Shown here one piece after another: positions 1 to 9,157 of a stretch of DNA of 18,528 nucleotides. The position numbers were made by a program, and so were the translations under genes. Under the pieces are notes generated by a model that saw nothing but the letters and a program-made list of their open reading frames with translations, was not told where the DNA came from and did not search any database. Source of the DNA: an uncultured archaeon (GTDB lineage Archaea; Asgardarchaeota; Lokiarchaeia; Sigyniarchaeales; SOKP01). The stretch is from the NCBI GenBank assembly GCA_964583985.1, contig CAZOYD010000041.1, forward strand, positions 14,453 through 32,980. The letters run 5' to 3'. The number at the start of each line of letters is the position of its first letter. The stretch's first letter is position 1.

Positions 1-380
1 TGATCCATTCCTACTGGCTTAGTTATATAGCAATTAGCATGCAATTGATAAGATTTGATAATATCTTCATCTGCTGAAGAGGTAGTTAGTATAACAACGG
101 GAATTTTTTTCAAATTTTTATCAACTTTAATTTTCGCAAGTACTTGCCTACCATCCATTTTTGGTAGATTTAGATCTAATATTATTAAATCTGGGTGTGT
201 AGAATCTTTATAATTTCCTTCATGTCTTAAAAAATCCATGGCTTCTATTCCATCATTGACAACAAAAAGATCATTTACAATTTTGCTCTCTTTTAGTGCT
301 TCTATTGTCAAACGGACATCTCCTGGATTATCTTCAACCAATAATATTTGAACTGGATTTCTTTTTTTTTTTTGAGATAT
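1..380 (-). CDS. Rcp1-like stand-alone response regulator (REC), 3' end runs off the window
   Basis: Not in the ORF track. Manual translation gives (M)SQKKKRNPVQILLVEDNPGDVRLTIEALKESKIVNDLFVVNDGIEAMDFLRHEGNYKDSTHPDLIILDLNLPKMDGRQVLAKIKVDKNLKKIPVVILTTSSADEDISNSYQLHANCYITKPVGMD..., with an intact ED / D / T / K receiver set. There is an in-frame TAA at 425-423. The likely start is ATA at 380, 5 nt after GGAGGAGA (393-386). Confidence 0.92.
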   Translation of the reverse strand, partial: MSQKKKRNPVQILLVEDNPGDVRLTIEALKESKIVNDLFVVNDGIEAMDFLRHEGNYKDSTHPDLIILDLNLPKMDGRQVLAKIKVDKNLKKIPVVILTTSSADEDIIKSYQLHANCYITKPVGMD

Positions 381-500
381 CTTTCTCTCCTCCGTTATTT
401 TTTTATTTTTTTTCTTAATATCTTATAATTTGAGATTTGTTCCAAGATCTAAATGGATGAAGCATTTTAACAATATTCTGATAAATATCATATAAGTATT

Positions 501-977
501 TCACCATTTTTGAATCATTCTGTGCTTTCTTCTCCTATTAGGAAGTTTTACTATGCTGAACCAAAAATCTTCAATACATTGCACCACTTTTATAAATTGC
601 TCCATATCAACTGGTTTAGTTATGTAACAATTAGCATGCAATTGATAAGTTTTCATGATATCTTCCTCTGCTGAAGAAGTTGTTAAAATTACTATTGGAA
701 TTCTTTTTAGAACATTATCAACTTTAAGTTCTGCAAGTACCTCCCTACCATCTTTTCTTGGTAAATTAAGGTCTAGGATGATCAAGTCGGGATTGAGCGG
801 TTCTTTATATTTTCCGGCTCCTCTTAAAATATCCATGGCTTCTATACCATCTCTGGCTACGTGAAGAATATTACTTAAATTACTTTCTATGAATGCTTCT
901 TTTGTTAAACGAATATCCCCTGGATTATCTTCAACCAATAATATTTCGATAGCTCGTACATCTTTCTTTGGAGACAA
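501..977 (-). CDS. Rcp1-like stand-alone response regulator (REC)
   Basis: Motifs ILLVEDNPGD, IILDLNLPRKDG, VILTTSSAEEDI, ANCYITKP and EDFWF are typical of Rcp1-type receivers. The track start GTG(989) lies inside the GGGTGA SD motif, so TTG at 977, just after the kinase stop, is the more likely start. Confidence 0.93.
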   Translation of the reverse strand: MSPKKDVRAIEILLVEDNPGDIRLTKEAFIESNLSNILHVARDGIEAMDILRGAGKYKEPLNPDLIILDLNLPRKDGREVLAELKVDNVLKRIPIVILTTSSAEEDIMKTYQLHANCYITKPVDMEQFIKVVQCIEDFWFSIVKLPNRRRKHRMIQKW

Positions 978-978
978 C

Positions 979-2685
979 TTAATTTTCACCCATTTTTTCG
1001 TCTATTATGGCGTTTTTAATAGAGGTTTTTAATGTAAAATAAAAAGTGGTGCCTTTATCAGGTTCAGATTCTATCCAAATTTTACCTCCATGTCTTTGCG
1101 CTATCTTTCTACAAACCGATAATCCAATCCCGGTACCTCCATATTCATCTTTTTTATGCAATCGTTGAAAAATGATAAATATGCGATCGAAAAATTGGGG
1201 GTCGATACCAATTCCATTATCTTTCACGGAAAATATCCATTGATTTTCTTCCGTTTTTCCTGAAATATGAATGATGGGGGTTGCATTTTTTTTCTGGAAT
1301 TTGATTGCATTTGAAATTAAATTTTGTATTAATTGAATCATTTGTGATTCATCAGCTATTACAACCGGTAAAGGGTCATTAGTAATTATTGCTCCTGTAT
1401 CTTTTATAGAGTAACTCAAATTGGATTTTACTTGTTCTAAAATGAGATTCATGTCCGTCTCGTTAAAAGCGGCCTTTTGTGTTCCTACTCGGGAAAAAGC
1501 TAATAAATCATTGATTAAGCTTTGCATCCGTATTGCTCCATCTACCGCATAGTTAATGAAATCATTCGCATCTTGATCTAATTTATCGATATATCTTTTT
1601 TGGAGTAATTGAGTAAAACTAGCAACCATGCGCAATGGTTCTTGTAAGTCATGAGATGCTACATAAGCGAACTGTTCTAATTCAGCATTTGAGCGTTTTA
1701 AATCTTCTAATGCGTTCTTTAATTTTTTCCGAGATTTAATCCGTTCTGTAATATCAATATTTGCTGATTGAAATCCGATATGCTCACCATTTTCGGTATA
1801 TAATGGTGTAGCAAGTGCCTGTGAAATAAAATGCGATCCGTCGCTTTTTTTCGCTAGAAAATTGCCTTTCCATTCTCCTGGTTTGACCAATGCTTCAAGA
1901 ACAGATGTAGCATCATCGGGATTAACAAAAAAGTCACCCAAGGAAATCCCAATGGCATCTACTTCTGATTCATAGCCCCATAACTTTAGGAAAGCCGGAT
2001 TTACACTAATGATAATTCCATTTAAATCTGCTACACATTGAGCTGATAAGGAAGAATTGAACACGAGATTTTTTATATAGATTTCTTGATTTATTCGTTT
2101 TACTTCTTTTAAAGTATCCTTTAATCCTTCTTCTGCTTTTTTTCTCTCTGTGATATCTAAAATTGATATTAAAACTTTACTCCATGTTTGTTCATAGCCG
2201 GATACAACTGTTAATCTAAGGATACCGTTTCTTTTTTCACCAGTTAAAGTATAAATAATTGTTTCAGATTCAAAGTTAAGGTTTTCTTCAACGAGTGAAA
2301 TAATCTCTTCTTTAAATACTTCACTTCTTATTTTAGTAAAGATTTTATCCGTATTTTCTATAATCTCATCAATATTTTTTGCTTTAATTAGATTTAAAGT
2401 AGATTTATTTACATTCTTAATTATTATTAATGAAACAAATTCATCAACTAATTCTGGGTGTTCATCTAGATAAGATCTAAAATCTTTCACCCCAGAATTC
2501 TTTAATTCATCAATAATTTCCTTTATTTTTGAAAGGTCTTCATGCCATAACGCTATAGGAGAATTCTCATAAATGCATTGGAAATTTCCTTCAGAAAACT
2601 TTAAATCTTCACTTGTTTTTCTTAAGCTCTCTTCAATTAGTTTCCTTTTTCTCCCAATCATCTTGGCATTATTTACTTTCATCAT
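979..2685 (-). CDS. Cytoplasmic PAS-PAS-HisKA-HATPase sensor kinase with a Cph1/bacteriophytochrome-type transmitter
   Basis: Two PAS/PAC units end in DITER. H-box ASHDLQEPLRMVASF, N-box NLISNAIKF, DNGIGI, FQRLH, GTGIGL. No transmembrane segment. Directly upstream of the Rcp1-like receivers. Confidence 0.95.
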   Translation of the reverse strand: MMKVNNAKMIGRKRKLIEESLRKTSEDLKFSEGNFQCIYENSPIALWHEDLSKIKEIIDELKNSGVKDFRSYLDEHPELVDEFVSLIIIKNVNKSTLNLIKAKNIDEIIENTDKIFTKIRSEVFKEEIISLVEENLNFESETIIYTLTGEKRNGILRLTVVSGYEQTWSKVLISILDITERKKAEEGLKDTLKEVKRINQEIYIKNLVFNSSLSAQCVADLNGIIISVNPAFLKLWGYESEVDAIGISLGDFFVNPDDATSVLEALVKPGEWKGNFLAKKSDGSHFISQALATPLYTENGEHIGFQSANIDITERIKSRKKLKNALEDLKRSNAELEQFAYVASHDLQEPLRMVASFTQLLQKRYIDKLDQDANDFINYAVDGAIRMQSLINDLLAFSRVGTQKAAFNETDMNLILEQVKSNLSYSIKDTGAIITNDPLPVVIADESQMIQLIQNLISNAIKFQKKNATPIIHISGKTEENQWIFSVKDNGIGIDPQFFDRIFIIFQRLHKKDEYGGTGIGLSVCRKIAQRHGGKIWIESEPDKGTTFYFTLKTSIKNAIIDEKMGEN

Positions 2686-2869
2686 AATGAAATTAATTTC
2701 TGAGTTTTAATTTATTTAGCTAAAGTTGATGTTTAATCTAGATTTCGAGTTATCTTCTTGTACTTCTACTTTTTTCCTACTACTTTTACTATTCATTTCT
2801 ATTATCCTGCTTAAAATTTCACAAACTTATTATTCTTCAGTTCCTTGGGAAAGATTTGATCAATTTACT

Positions 2870-3010
2870 GATAATTTTATGTAAAACGTATTAATTTGAT
2901 TTTTACATTACATAAATGAAAAAAGTTAAATATAAATTTTTACATATTTTTAGAAGGAATAGTTAAAAAAAGTTAAATTAGTGTAAAAATCTTTTATAAA
3001 GATTAATTAT
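2870..3010. promoter_or_regulatory. Divergent promoter region with TATA-like boxes and repeated TGTAAAA(A) elements
   Basis: Minus strand: AATATGTAAAAA-TTTATATT (2948-2929). Plus strand: GTGTAAAAATC-TTTTATAAA (2981-3000). Inverted pair ATGTAAAA(2879-2886)/TTTTACAT(2901-2908). Confidence 0.45.
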
Positions 3011-3162
3011 AATCAACCAAATTAACAAAAATAATAAATCATTGTGTTATTATTTTAAATGAATTTCAAGTCGGATTTAATTATTTCCATCAAAATAAGC
3101 AGAATTGTTCGAAATTATAATAATAAAATCTGATCTTGATCAAAAAAAAAGGTATAGTTGGA

Positions 3163-4299
3163 ATGGTAGAAAAAAAGAAGATTGATATATTATTAATTGA
3201 GGATAATCCTGGTGATATTCGCCTTGTAAAAGAAATTCTAAAACAATCAAATCATTTCGAATATTCTTTTAATACATCTACCACTCTTAGTGAAGGATTA
3301 GAAATTTTTTTATGGAAAAAAATTGATATCATTTTATTAGATTTGAGCCTACCCGATTGTGATGGATTAAACACGGTCTCGATTTTAAAAAAAAAAATAG
3401 GTAATGTACCTATAATTATATTGACTGGCAATACCGATGATGAGTTAGCAATTAAAGCAGTCAAAGAGGGTATACAAGATTATATTGTGAAAGGGGAATT
3501 GACTTTATCACTTTTGGAACGGTCAATAATATATGCTAGAGAGAGAAGTCAAAATGAAGAGATTTTAAAGATCTCAGAAGAAAATTATAGGCAAGCTTAT
3601 CAACGAGCTAATTTTTATAAAGATATATTTACACATAATATGAATAATCTTCTCCAAGGAGTATTATCAGCATCTCAATTGTTTGAAATTCATTTACAGG
3701 GAATTTCGATTCAATCTGGATTGAGAGATGTTATAGAAATTATTGATGACCAAATATCTAAAGGATCTAATTTAATATTAAATATAAAAAGACTCACTCA
3801 AGTTGAAGAAAATCTCCTTCCTATTGAAACAATTGATTTTTTGAATATATTACGAGAAGAAATTCAAAGTATAAAGTTTATATACAAAAATAAAAAAGTG
3901 GACATAACAGTTATTTCGCCATATCAAAAAGTTCTTGTTTTAGCAAATGATTTTCTCCGTTCTATATTGCAAAATTTAGCATCTAATGCGATTAGATTCA
4001 ATTACAATCCTATTATTGAAATAACAATAAAAATTACTGAAGAAAATATAGATAGTGCTAAATATTTCAAAATCGAGTTTTCAGATAATGGTATTGGAAT
4101 AGAAGACGAATGGAAAAATGAAATCCTAAATAAAGGTTCTAAGGATGAACCATTAAACCGAGGGATCGGACTAGGTTTATTATTAGTTCGAAAGATTGTA
4201 GAAAGTTATCATGGCGAGATTTGCGTTGAAAATCGCATCAAGGACGATCATACACAAGGAAGTAATTTCGTTATTTTAATTCCTAGAGGTGAGCAATAA
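3163..4299 (+). CDS. Sensorless hybrid kinase REC-HisKA-HATPase
   Basis: REC: ILLIEDNPGD, ILLDLSLPD, IILTG, DYIVKG. H-box FTHNMNNLLQ. NLASNAIRF, DNGIGI, GIGLGL. ATG at 3163 is preferred over the track TTG at 3136. Confidence 0.92.
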   Translation: MVEKKKIDILLIEDNPGDIRLVKEILKQSNHFEYSFNTSTTLSEGLEIFLWKKIDIILLDLSLPDCDGLNTVSILKKKIGNVPIIILTGNTDDELAIKAVKEGIQDYIVKGELTLSLLERSIIYARERSQNEEILKISEENYRQAYQRANFYKDIFTHNMNNLLQGVLSASQLFEIHLQGISIQSGLRDVIEIIDDQISKGSNLILNIKRLTQVEENLLPIETIDFLNILREEIQSIKFIYKNKKVDITVISPYQKVLVLANDFLRSILQNLASNAIRFNYNPIIEITIKITEENIDSAKYFKIEFSDNGIGIEDEWKNEILNKGSKDEPLNRGIGLGLLLVRKIVESYHGEICVENRIKDDHTQGSNFVILIPRGEQ

Positions 4300-4661
4300 T
4301 ATCAAACATATTTATTGTTGAAGATGATCTATTACTGTTAAAAACTTTTGAGATGTTATTTGCATCAAAGGGGTTTTCGATAACGAAAGCTATTAATGGA
4401 GAAAGAGCTGTTAAAGAATTTAAAGAAGCAAATCCTAAACCAGATATCATCTTGATGGACCATCGCATGCCCATAAAAAATGGACTTGAAGCTTCTAAAG
4501 AAATCTTACAGTTCGACCCCACAGCGAAGATTATTTTCATTAGTGCTGATAGAAGTATTAAAAATGAAGCTGTTGCTTTAGGAGCATTAGATTTTGTTGA
4601 AAAACCATTTGACTTTAGTTTTCTTCTAAATCGTATTAATGAGATTTTAACTATAGTTTAG
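4299..4661 (+). CDS. CheY-like stand-alone response regulator (120 aa)
   Basis: The frame extends upstream of the track ATG(4353) to give (M)SNIFIVEDDLLLLKTFEM..., which restores beta1 and the acidic pair. Also IILMDHRMP, FISA, VEKPF. An in-frame TGA at 4290-4292 bounds the ORF. ATA at 4299 overlaps the upstream TAA and follows GAGGTGA. Confidence 0.9.
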   Translation: MSNIFIVEDDLLLLKTFEMLFASKGFSITKAINGERAVKEFKEANPKPDIILMDHRMPIKNGLEASKEILQFDPTAKIIFISADRSIKNEAVALGALDFVEKPFDFSFLLNRINEILTIV

Positions 4662-4766
4662 ATTTTTAAAAATATGAGAAACCGATATTAAAGGGGAATT
4701 TTTTGGCATAATTGCTCAAATTCTAGAATATTTCATCGAAAGATAATACCAAAATGTTGAGAGTAG

Positions 4767-5072
4767 TATGCAAACTCAATTGAACATAATACAAATGATA
4801 TTCCCGAAATCGCAATTCAAATTTCTCAACATTCTAAATTTTTCGAGATTTCTTTTATAGATAACGGAATTCAAATTCCCGATATTTCTAAGAAAAACAT
4901 TTTTATGAATGAAGTTAACTCTAAAGATAAGTTCAATAGAGTTGGATTAGGATTAACATGTGTTAAAAAAATATTAGATACCCTTAATGGTTCAACATTG
5001 GTAGAGAATAAAACAACAGATGATTTTACACGAGGAAGCATATTCAAAGTATAATTACCAGCAATTACATAA
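4767..5072 (+). pseudogene. Truncated HATPase_c (histidine kinase ATPase domain) remnant
   Basis: Translation YANSIEHNTNDIPEIAIQISQHSKFFEISFIDNGIQIPD...RVGLGLTCVKKILDTLNGSTLVENKTTDDFTRGSIFKV*LPAIT*. In-frame TAG at 4764-4766, no start codon or HisKA upstream, and a premature TAA at 5052-5054 in the last strand. Confidence 0.8.
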
Positions 5073-5270
5073 GATGCATGATTACTATTTTTAGACTCTT
5101 AATATGTCTACATATGATTTATTTTGTTTTACGCTCTGATATTTTACGGAATTTATGAATTGTTACACATAATATTAAATACTCTTTCTCTAGATCCGTT
5201 CTTAGCAAAAATTATTCATCACTTAACAATAATTTTCTAACAGTAATTTTAAGTATAGGGATGGGTGTCA

Positions 5271-8200
5271 ATGGTAGTGCAAAATCAGATAAAGATTTTA
5301 ATAGTTGATGATAGCCCCCGAGATGTAAATCTAATAAAAATACATTTAAAAGATCTTATACATAATTCTTATCATACTTATGTATCTCATTCCCTAGCAG
5401 ATTCGGAAAATTTACTAAATCAGAATCAAATTGATATTGTCTTATTAGATATAGATCTATTAGATAGTAAGGGAATGGAAACTATAGATAAAATGTTAGA
5501 TTTAGCAGATAATACTCCGATTGTTATATTTACTATAAATGGAGAAGATGATCTTGGATTAAAGGCTATTAAAAAAGGCATCCAAGATTACTTATTTAAG
5601 GATAGATTCGATAGTCAACTATTAACGCACTCAATTGAATACTCCATTGCGCGAAAAAAGTTGGAACATGAATTAAATCCCTCTAAAAAAGTATTGGAAA
5701 TTATACAACAGGAACATGAATCTAAGGTGGAACAAGCACCTAATGAATTACAGTCTGATCCGGAAATTTTTAAACTATTTGCTCAAACTAGTCCAATAGG
5801 AATAGTGATTTTAAATAAACAGGGGGATATTACATTTGCAAATAGGCATGCAGAAATTGCTTTGGAACTTTCTAAAGATGATATTATTAAACGCAAGTAC
5901 AATGCTCCAGAATGGAAAATGACTGATTATGAAGGGAATGATTTTCCACCTGAGGAGCTACCCTTTAATATAGTGAAAGTTACTCTTTCACCTTTACTTG
6001 ACGTTAAACATGCAATTGAACACTCAAATGGCAAAAGGATATTCCTTTCGATTAATGCGACCCCTCTTCTAAATGAAAGTGGGGGATTTAATGGAATGAT
6101 CGCAACTATCAACAATGTAACTGAGAGTGTTAAAGCTGAAAAAAAATTAAAAGCCTCTTTAAAAAGATACCAAGAATTGTTTAATAGCATTGATAGTGGA
6201 GTTATTGTTTATAAGGCAACAGATGATGGCTTGAATTTTATAATTAAAGAATTTAACTCGGCAGCAGAGAGAATTGATAATTTAAATAGAGAAAATATCA
6301 TTGGAAAGGAAGTCACTGAAATTTTTCCGGGAATTAAAGATTTTGGGCTTTTTAGTGTCTTTCAAAAAGTGTGGAAAACAGGAGTACCAGAACATCAATC
6401 TTCATCCTATTATCAAGATAATAGAATTGCAGGTTGGAGGCAGAATTATGTGTATAAATTAACTTCAGGCGATATTGTTGCGATATATAATGATCTGACG
6501 CAGAATAAAGAAACAGAACAGAAATTATTGGAATTTGATTTTCTTTTAAATGAACGATTAAAGGAGTTAAATTGCTTATATGAAATTTCGCAAGTAGCTG
6601 AAAAACCAGGAATCACGATTGAACAAATTCTTTATGAATTTGTTAATTTAATCCCGCTTGCGTGGCAGTTTCCAAAAAAAACATATTCAAGAATTGAATA
6701 TAATGGAAAAAGCTATCAGAGTGCCAATTATAATAAGACAAAGTTGATTGTAACCATCAAGGAGATAATAATTGACAAACCATTAATTATCACGATCTAT
6801 TCCTCCTCTCAAAAGACGCCCTTTCTTGAAGAAGAAAAACAATTAACAAAGGAGATTGGCATTCGTTTGAAATCAATAATCCAACGAAAACTTGCTGAAG
6901 AAGAGCTAAGAAATTCAAAAGAAAAATACAAAATTCTGTATGAAGAGGCTCCAATTGCTTACTTTTCGATTGATCTAGACGGGACAATTCAAAAATGCAA
7001 TAATGCAGCAGAAAAATTATTAGGTTATTCCAAGGAAGAATTGTTAAAAATGACTGCTTTTGACCTGTATTTCAATTCTGAAGATGGATTGGTGAAAGCT
7101 AAAAAAATATTCAAGGAATTCACTAAAGGTTATTCCATAATAGATGAAGAATTGCAGATGAAACATAAAAATCAAAATCCGATTTGGATCAGTCTAACTG
7201 TAAAACCAGTCCTCGATAAAACAAATAAAGTCATTGCATCCCGTTCAATGGTCATGGATATTAGCGAACGAGTAAAGGCTAAAGAAGAGATCGAAGACTT
7301 AGCTAAATTTCCTTCTGAAGATCCCAACCCCGTATTAAGAACTACTAGTGAATTTATAATTTATGCGAATCAAGCAGGGTGTGATATGTTTGATTGCAGA
7401 ATCGGATATAGAATCCCATATAATTTACGAGAATCAATCAAAAACGCATATTTAGAAAAAAAACCACAAAAAAAAGAACTGAAAATTAAGGATCGATTTT
7501 ACTCAATGTCTTTTTTTCCAATTCAAAATACAAATTACGTAAATGTTTATGGACATGATATTACTGATCTTAAATTAACTCAGAGAAAACTCAAAGATGA
7601 ACGAGCGAAAGTAGAGCAATATCTTGAGTTAGCAGGAGTAATAATGAGAGCTTTAGATAATAATGGAGATATTGTATTACTCAATAAGAAGGGATGTGAA
7701 ATTTTGGGATATGAGAGTGGAGAGTTATTGGGAAAAAATTGGTTTGAGACTTGCCTTCCGGATTATGAGAAAGAAAGGATACTAAAAGTGTTTGAAGATT
7801 CAATGATTACGAAAAATGAAGGTTATTATTACGTTGAAAATTATGTTACTACGAAAACTGGCGAAGAATTACTCATTAAATGGCGGAACATTGTAGTATT
7901 TGATGAAAATAAAAAAATAATTGGTACATTAAGTTCAGGTGAAAATATTACAGAAAATAAAAAAGCATTAGTTAAACTTGAACTTTCAGAAGAAAAATAT
8001 AAAAATTTGATTGAATCCTCAGCAATGGGTTTAATAAAGATTGATCTTCAAAGTAATGAAATCGTTTATATCAATCCAAAATTAATAGAGATTCTCGGAT
8101 ACAATGTATACGAATTAAAAAATGCAAATTCTTTTTACGAGATAATTCATCCTGACGATCGATATTTGTTTTCAAAATCCTTCGAAACCAAAGAGATGGA

Positions 8201-9029
8201 ATTTAGAATTTTTTCAAAAGTTGGAAAATTGAAATATTTATCCGGTTCACTACTACCTCAATATAATATCAATGGTGATGTATTGAGTTATAAGATTTGG
8301 GTCCAAGATATTACTCAACAAAAAGAAATTCTCATGATTAAAAATAATCTATTAACGAGATTTTCTCATGAATTTAAAACACCCCTGATATCGTTAATTG
8401 GGTTTACTGATTTTTTTTTAATGGAATATAAAGATCTTTTAGATACTAGAGCAATTTCATTCTTAAATAATATTAAGAATGGTAGTGAAAAACTAAAAAG
8501 ACTTGTTAACTCGTTCATAGAAAGCTCACAATTAGAAACTGACTTGGTAAATTTAAATTTGAGTCATGGAAATATAATTGAGGTGGTTAAAAAAAGCTTA
8601 AATGATTTGCAAGGACTTATTCAACTCAGGAAACACACTGTCCATCTTGATCTAAATGAAAATGTCCTGTTTTATTTTGATAAAGAGAAAATTTACGTGG
8701 TAATAATGAATTTATTGGTTAATGCGATTAATTACACGCCTAATGGAGGATTAATCTCGATTAAATCTATTGTTATGGATAAATCTATTGAAATATGCAT
8801 AAAAGATAATGGAATTGGGTTTACTGAAGAAGAGAAAGAAAATTTATTTAAACCTTTTGGAAAAGTAGAAAGATATGGAAAAGGATGGGATGTAGTTTCT
8901 GAAGGCATGGGAATGGGATTATTCATTTCAAAAGAAATAATTAAACTACACGGAGGAACGATTAAGATTGAATCTGAGGGAAGAAATAAGGGTAGTAAGT
9001 TCATATTTTCGGTTCCTATTAAAATTTAG
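5271..9029 (+). CDS. Giant cytoplasmic hybrid kinase: REC-PAS-PAS-(GAF-like)-PASx4-HisKA-HATPase
   Basis: Intact REC (IVDD, VLLDID, IFT, YLFK). About six PAS/PAC units, plus an 'LNERLKELNCLYEIS...WQFP...FLEEEK' GAF-like segment. H-box FSHEFKTPL, NLLVNAINY, DNGIGF, GMGMGL. The start is uncertain among 5265, 5271 and 5277. Confidence 0.93.
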   Translation: MVVQNQIKILIVDDSPRDVNLIKIHLKDLIHNSYHTYVSHSLADSENLLNQNQIDIVLLDIDLLDSKGMETIDKMLDLADNTPIVIFTINGEDDLGLKAIKKGIQDYLFKDRFDSQLLTHSIEYSIARKKLEHELNPSKKVLEIIQQEHESKVEQAPNELQSDPEIFKLFAQTSPIGIVILNKQGDITFANRHAEIALELSKDDIIKRKYNAPEWKMTDYEGNDFPPEELPFNIVKVTLSPLLDVKHAIEHSNGKRIFLSINATPLLNESGGFNGMIATINNVTESVKAEKKLKASLKRYQELFNSIDSGVIVYKATDDGLNFIIKEFNSAAERIDNLNRENIIGKEVTEIFPGIKDFGLFSVFQKVWKTGVPEHQSSSYYQDNRIAGWRQNYVYKLTSGDIVAIYNDLTQNKETEQKLLEFDFLLNERLKELNCLYEISQVAEKPGITIEQILYEFVNLIPLAWQFPKKTYSRIEYNGKSYQSANYNKTKLIVTIKEIIIDKPLIITIYSSSQKTPFLEEEKQLTKEIGIRLKSIIQRKLAEEELRNSKEKYKILYEEAPIAYFSIDLDGTIQKCNNAAEKLLGYSKEELLKMTAFDLYFNSEDGLVKAKKIFKEFTKGYSIIDEELQMKHKNQNPIWISLTVKPVLDKTNKVIASRSMVMDISERVKAKEEIEDLAKFPSEDPNPVLRTTSEFIIYANQAGCDMFDCRIGYRIPYNLRESIKNAYLEKKPQKKELKIKDRFYSMSFFPIQNTNYVNVYGHDITDLKLTQRKLKDERAKVEQYLELAGVIMRALDNNGDIVLLNKKGCEILGYESGELLGKNWFETCLPDYEKERILKVFEDSMITKNEGYYYVENYVTTKTGEELLIKWRNIVVFDENKKIIGTLSSGENITENKKALVKLELSEEKYKNLIESSAMGLIKIDLQSNEIVYINPKLIEILGYNVYELKNANSFYEIIHPDDRYLFSKSFETKEMEFRIFSKVGKLKYLSGSLLPQYNINGDVLSYKIWVQDITQQKEILMIKNNLLTRFSHEFKTPLISLIGFTDFFLMEYKDLLDTRAISFLNNIKNGSEKLKRLVNSFIESSQLETDLVNLNLSHGNIIEVVKKSLNDLQGLIQLRKHTVHLDLNENVLFYFDKEKIYVVIMNLLVNAINYTPNGGLISIKSIVMDKSIEICIKDNGIGFTEEEKENLFKPFGKVERYGKGWDVVSEGMGMGLFISKEIIKLHGGTIKIESEGRNKGSKFIFSVPIKI

Positions 9030-9157
9030 CTATTTCAATTAAACTGTAATATTAATTAAGAATTAATTTCTTAAATTTTGTCATTAACCTAAAAAAGTTG
9101 TATTTAGGAATAATAAATTATGTTTATGTCAAAAATTTGCTTGAATGGGTGATTAAA

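Noticed and set aside
362-373. 12-nt A run near the start of the first receiver gene as a phase-variation switch
   Set aside because: Long A/T runs are common throughout this AT-rich window, the frame is intact, and no read data are available.
979-2685. Calling the kinase a phytochrome (cph1)
   Set aside because: Only the transmitter is Cph1-like. There is no PAS-GAF-PHY bilin-binding module.
4299-4661. Chemotaxis cheY assignment
   Set aside because: No cheA, cheW or MCP genes are nearby; it is a generic single-domain receiver.
5052-5054. Stop-codon reassignment or readthrough at the in-frame TAA
   Set aside because: TAA, TAG and TGA all end intact genes in this window, and the fragment also lacks its 5' part, so decay explains it better.
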